From positions 1 through 54,645 of IMG/VR virus record IMGVR_UViG_3300042562_001062: a DNA stretch of 54,645 nt; one strand, written 5' to 3'. The DNA comes from a virus. Taxonomy: Duplodnaviria > Caudoviricetes. This document shows, in pieces, positions 51,799-54,645 of the stretch (the first letter of the stretch is position 1; each line of letters starts with the position of its first letter). The notes under the pieces are model-generated. The model made no database searches. It saw nothing but the letters and a program-made list of their open reading frames with translations, and was not told the origin of the DNA. A program made the position numbers and the translations under genes.

Positions 51799-52452
51799 AT
51801 GTCGGATGAAGAAGCTCGTGAGGATCGCAGTGCGATGACACAAGTGGAAACCCGTTCAGAAAACGTGCTGATCGACAATGTCGATTTTGCCCAGCGGATC
51901 ATCACCGTACTGGCCGTTCCGTATGAGCATCCCACCCAGGTTCCTTTCCGTCAGGAAATGTGGACCGAAGTGTTCTCGCGCAGCGCCTTCAACGGCATCG
52001 AAAGCCAAACCCGCAAGATTCCCGCGACCACCTCTCTGAGCATCCCGGCACCGGAGCATGTCGGTGCGCGGCTGGTCGGTCGGGTGCTTTCGTCAGACCC
52101 CTACCGGGACGCCGGCCTGATCAGCGAAGTGAAGATCAGCCGCACCGCTGTTGGTGACGAAACCCTGGAACTTGCCAGCGATGAGGCGCTGTTTCCCAGC
52201 ATCGGGTTCATGATTAAGAATCCGAAGTTCGATCAGGAATTGGATCAGTACACCAAGACTCGCCGGGTCAATCGGGCTTTTCTGGATCATTTGGCATTCG
52301 TCGGGCAGCCCGCTTATGAGGGGGCGAAAGTTCTGGCGATGCGTAGCGAGAGTCCTTCGCAGGAGCAGCCGCCGGGTTCGAAGACTCCGCGACTGGACGA
52401 GTTCCTCAATGATCCGGTTTTGCGCTGGGCTTCCGAGCGCGTTCGTCGCTGA
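51799..52452 (+). CDS. Capsid maturation protease (HK97 family)
   Basis: AVPY, EVFSRSAF, H...LVGR, SIGF, PAYEGAKV. Confidence 0.88.
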   Translation: MSDEEAREDRSAMTQVETRSENVLIDNVDFAQRIITVLAVPYEHPTQVPFRQEMWTEVFSRSAFNGIESQTRKIPATTSLSIPAPEHVGARLVGRVLSSDPYRDAGLISEVKISRTAVGDETLELASDEALFPSIGFMIKNPKFDQELDQYTKTRRVNRAFLDHLAFVGQPAYEGAKVLAMRSESPSQEQPPGSKTPRLDEFLNDPVLRWASERVRR

Positions 52453-52613
52453 GATTTCTCGGCACGGTGTTGCGAATTGCAACACCCCTCTTTGATGTTA
52501 GTCTGCTGTCATCACATAGGTGAGCGCTAGCCGGGAGGGCTGTCCGTTTCGGACTCGTTGGTCAAGAGGACCGTTGCCAATCAAACAAAAAATTTCTCTC
52601 GAAGGAGATCAAG

Positions 52614-53843
52614 GTGGGAAGTAATATCACCGCTGGCGACGAGTACATCCAGCGGCTCGACCGGGAACTGGAACAAAAAGAATCTCTCGTCAGGGGCATC
52701 TACCAGCGGGCCAACGCGTCCAGCCGGGACCTCAATGACGAAGAGGGCGAGATGGTCGTCGAGGCCCGAGGCCGGATGGAGAAGATTCAGAGCGAACTGG
52801 ATCAGGCTCAAGAGGTCAACCGGATTGCCTACGAGACCCGCAGCAAAGGCCGCGCTGTCGATCAGGCCATCGCCATCATGAAGGGCAAGCCCGAAGCCGG
52901 TCAGGTCGAGTACCGCTCGGTCGGCGCGTACATGCTCGACATGTGGAACAGCTCCCAGGGCAGCCGCGATGCGACTGACCGCCTGGAGGTTTACGGCCGA
53001 GCCGCTGCCCACCAGAAGACCGGCGATCTGCTCGGCGTGATCCCCGATCCGATCGTCGGGCCGGTCATCGACTTCATCGACGCGGCTCGCCCGCTGGTGT
53101 CTTCGATCGGAACGATGCCGCTGAACAACGCCACGTTCTACCGTCCGATCGTCACCGCACGTCCGGCCGTCGCCCTGCAGGGCGCGGCGGGTGCCCCGGC
53201 GGACGAGAAGACCGAACTGGTCAGCCAGAAGATGACCATTGAGCGCAGGGTTGTCAACGCCAAGACCCTTGGCGGTTACGTCAACGTGTCGCGGCAGGCG
53301 ATCGACTTCTCGTCTCCGTCGGCGCTCGACCTGGTGGTCAACGGTCTCGGTCAGCAGTATTCGATCGAAACTGAGTCACTGGTCGCCGGCGCGCTGGGTA
53401 GCGTCGAAACGACTCCGGTGGTCTACTTGCCGACCGCCAACGGGGTGGCTTCCGCTGTGTGGTCAGCGGCTGGTGCTGCATACAACGCCGTCAAGGGCAT
53501 GGGTCAGCTGATGATCGCTATCGCCCCCGACGTGTTGGGAACCTTCGGTCCGCTGTTCGCCCCGGTGAACCCGCAGAACGCGCAGTCCTCCGGCTTCGAA
53601 GCGGGGCGCTTCTCGCAGGGAATGATGGGCACGATCTCCGGCATCCCGGTGGTCATGTCCGCTGGCCTGCTCCCCGGCGAGGCCTTCCTGTTCTCAAGCG
53701 CGGCAATCGAGTGCTTCGAGCAGCGGGTGGGAACTCTGCAGGTGGTCGAGCCGTCGGTGTTCGGTCTGCAGGTCGCTTACGCGGGCTACTTCTCGACGCT
53801 CATTACGGAGGCTGACGCAATCGTTCCGCTGGTGGCCGACTAA
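52614..53843 (+). CDS. Major capsid protein (HK97 fold with delta domain)
   Basis: Coiled-coil N-terminus, GVIPDPI.GPVID, TLGGYVNVSRQAID; follows the protease. Confidence 0.92.
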   Translation: MGSNITAGDEYIQRLDRELEQKESLVRGIYQRANASSRDLNDEEGEMVVEARGRMEKIQSELDQAQEVNRIAYETRSKGRAVDQAIAIMKGKPEAGQVEYRSVGAYMLDMWNSSQGSRDATDRLEVYGRAAAHQKTGDLLGVIPDPIVGPVIDFIDAARPLVSSIGTMPLNNATFYRPIVTARPAVALQGAAGAPADEKTELVSQKMTIERRVVNAKTLGGYVNVSRQAIDFSSPSALDLVVNGLGQQYSIETESLVAGALGSVETTPVVYLPTANGVASAVWSAAGAAYNAVKGMGQLMIAIAPDVLGTFGPLFAPVNPQNAQSSGFEAGRFSQGMMGTISGIPVVMSAGLLPGEAFLFSSAAIECFEQRVGTLQVVEPSVFGLQVAYAGYFSTLITEADAIVPLVAD

Positions 53844-54094
53844 TGCGGATCAGGGTAAACGCAGACGGAAGCTGCTCGGTATCTGGATCGGTTAACCACG
53901 CCGAGGTCGAAGCAGCTCGGAAGTCGGCGGGTAAGGCCCAGAAGAAGTCGGAGACAAAGCCGGAACCGGAGACAAATCCGGAACCGGCAGCGGAGCCGAA
54001 GCTGGAACCGGAGCCGGAACCGAAACCGGAGCCGGTTGCCGACAAGCCAAAGGGTGTGGTGAAGCCGCACCCCACGGCTTCCAAACTCCCGTAG
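53843..54094 (+). CDS. Hypothetical Pro/Glu/Lys-rich protein
   Basis: TAATG-coupled to the capsid gene. Confidence 0.6.
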   Translation: MRIRVNADGSCSVSGSVNHAEVEAARKSAGKAQKKSETKPEPETNPEPAAEPKLEPEPEPKPEPVADKPKGVVKPHPTASKLP

Positions 54095-54101
54095 GAGTTA
54101 C

Positions 54102-54645
54102 ATGGCCGAGTTGAGTGTTGTTGATGTTGAGGACTTCACCAGCGGTCGGCTAAGCAGAACCGATCCGGAAGTGGCGCGGATGCTAGAAGTCGCGCTCGTC
54201 ACGGCCCGCCAGTATTGCGGGTGGGCCGTGACTCCGGTTATCGCTGACGATGCGGTCACGTTGGATGGTCCAGACAGCAGAATCTTGATGCTCCCCACCC
54301 GCAAGCTGGTCACACTGACCAGCATCAGCGAAAATGGCACGCCACTGAGCCTGGCTTCGGTGTCGGTAACTCCGGGCGGACCCCCGGGTGTCAGCTCAAG
54401 GCCGGCAGCCGTGCGTAAAGAGGCGAGCGGCCGGAGTGGCTGGTGGGGGAGTCGCTATCAGTCCATCGACGTTGTTATGACACATGGCTACACCGAGGCT
54501 GAGGCTGCTGATTGGCGCTACGCCGTGCTGTCGATGGTCGATGAGATGAGTCAGATCCAAATGCCAGGTGAACTTGACCTTATTTCCAAAAAGGTTGATG
54601 ACGTTACTTACCGCTGGGCTGATCGTTACTCCAGCGCCGTGCAGA
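54102..54645 (+). CDS. Head-to-tail adaptor, 3'-truncated by the window edge
   Basis: SD AGGAG; ARQYCGW..TPV...TLDG....L.LPT, MTHGY; no stop before the end. Confidence 0.8.
   Translation, partial: MAELSVVDVEDFTSGRLSRTDPEVARMLEVALVTARQYCGWAVTPVIADDAVTLDGPDSRILMLPTRKLVTLTSISENGTPLSLASVSVTPGGPPGVSSRPAAVRKEASGRSGWWGSRYQSIDVVMTHGYTEAEAADWRYAVLSMVDEMSQIQMPGELDLISKKVDDVTYRWADRYSSAVQ

Overview
This window is most of the genome of a tailed actinobacteriophage, most likely a mycobacteriophage. Its gene content and order resemble Cluster O (Corndog-like) phages. It reads, in order: minor tail genes, a giant 3445-aa tail protein with 12 carbohydrate-binding-like modules, and a lysis cassette (1-14.85 kb, + strand). 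Next comes a ~21 kb leftward arm (endonuclease VII, beta clamp, Ku, ParB-like, AAA ATPase and many small genes), a control region with a lone rightward HTH gene (36.3-37.9 kb), a short leftward block with a split C5 methyltransferase, and an origin-like repeat region (41.5-41.8 kb). The window ends with rightward replication, packaging and head genes. No integrase, tRNA or CRISPR array is visible. Strongest unexplained signals: (1) 41 copies of a 17-bp palindrome, TGTTGCR-NNN-YGCAACA, at gene junctions, inside genes and inside terminators; (2) a ~90-bp two-hairpin element repeated four times between small-gene cassettes; (3) two perfect mycobacterial LexA/SOS boxes upstream of the HTH gene; (4) an AP2-like gene nested out of frame inside a two-subunit methyltransferase, so that three reading frames overlap. 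All calls come from motif recognition by eye. No database search was run, counts are manual, and many start codons are best guesses.
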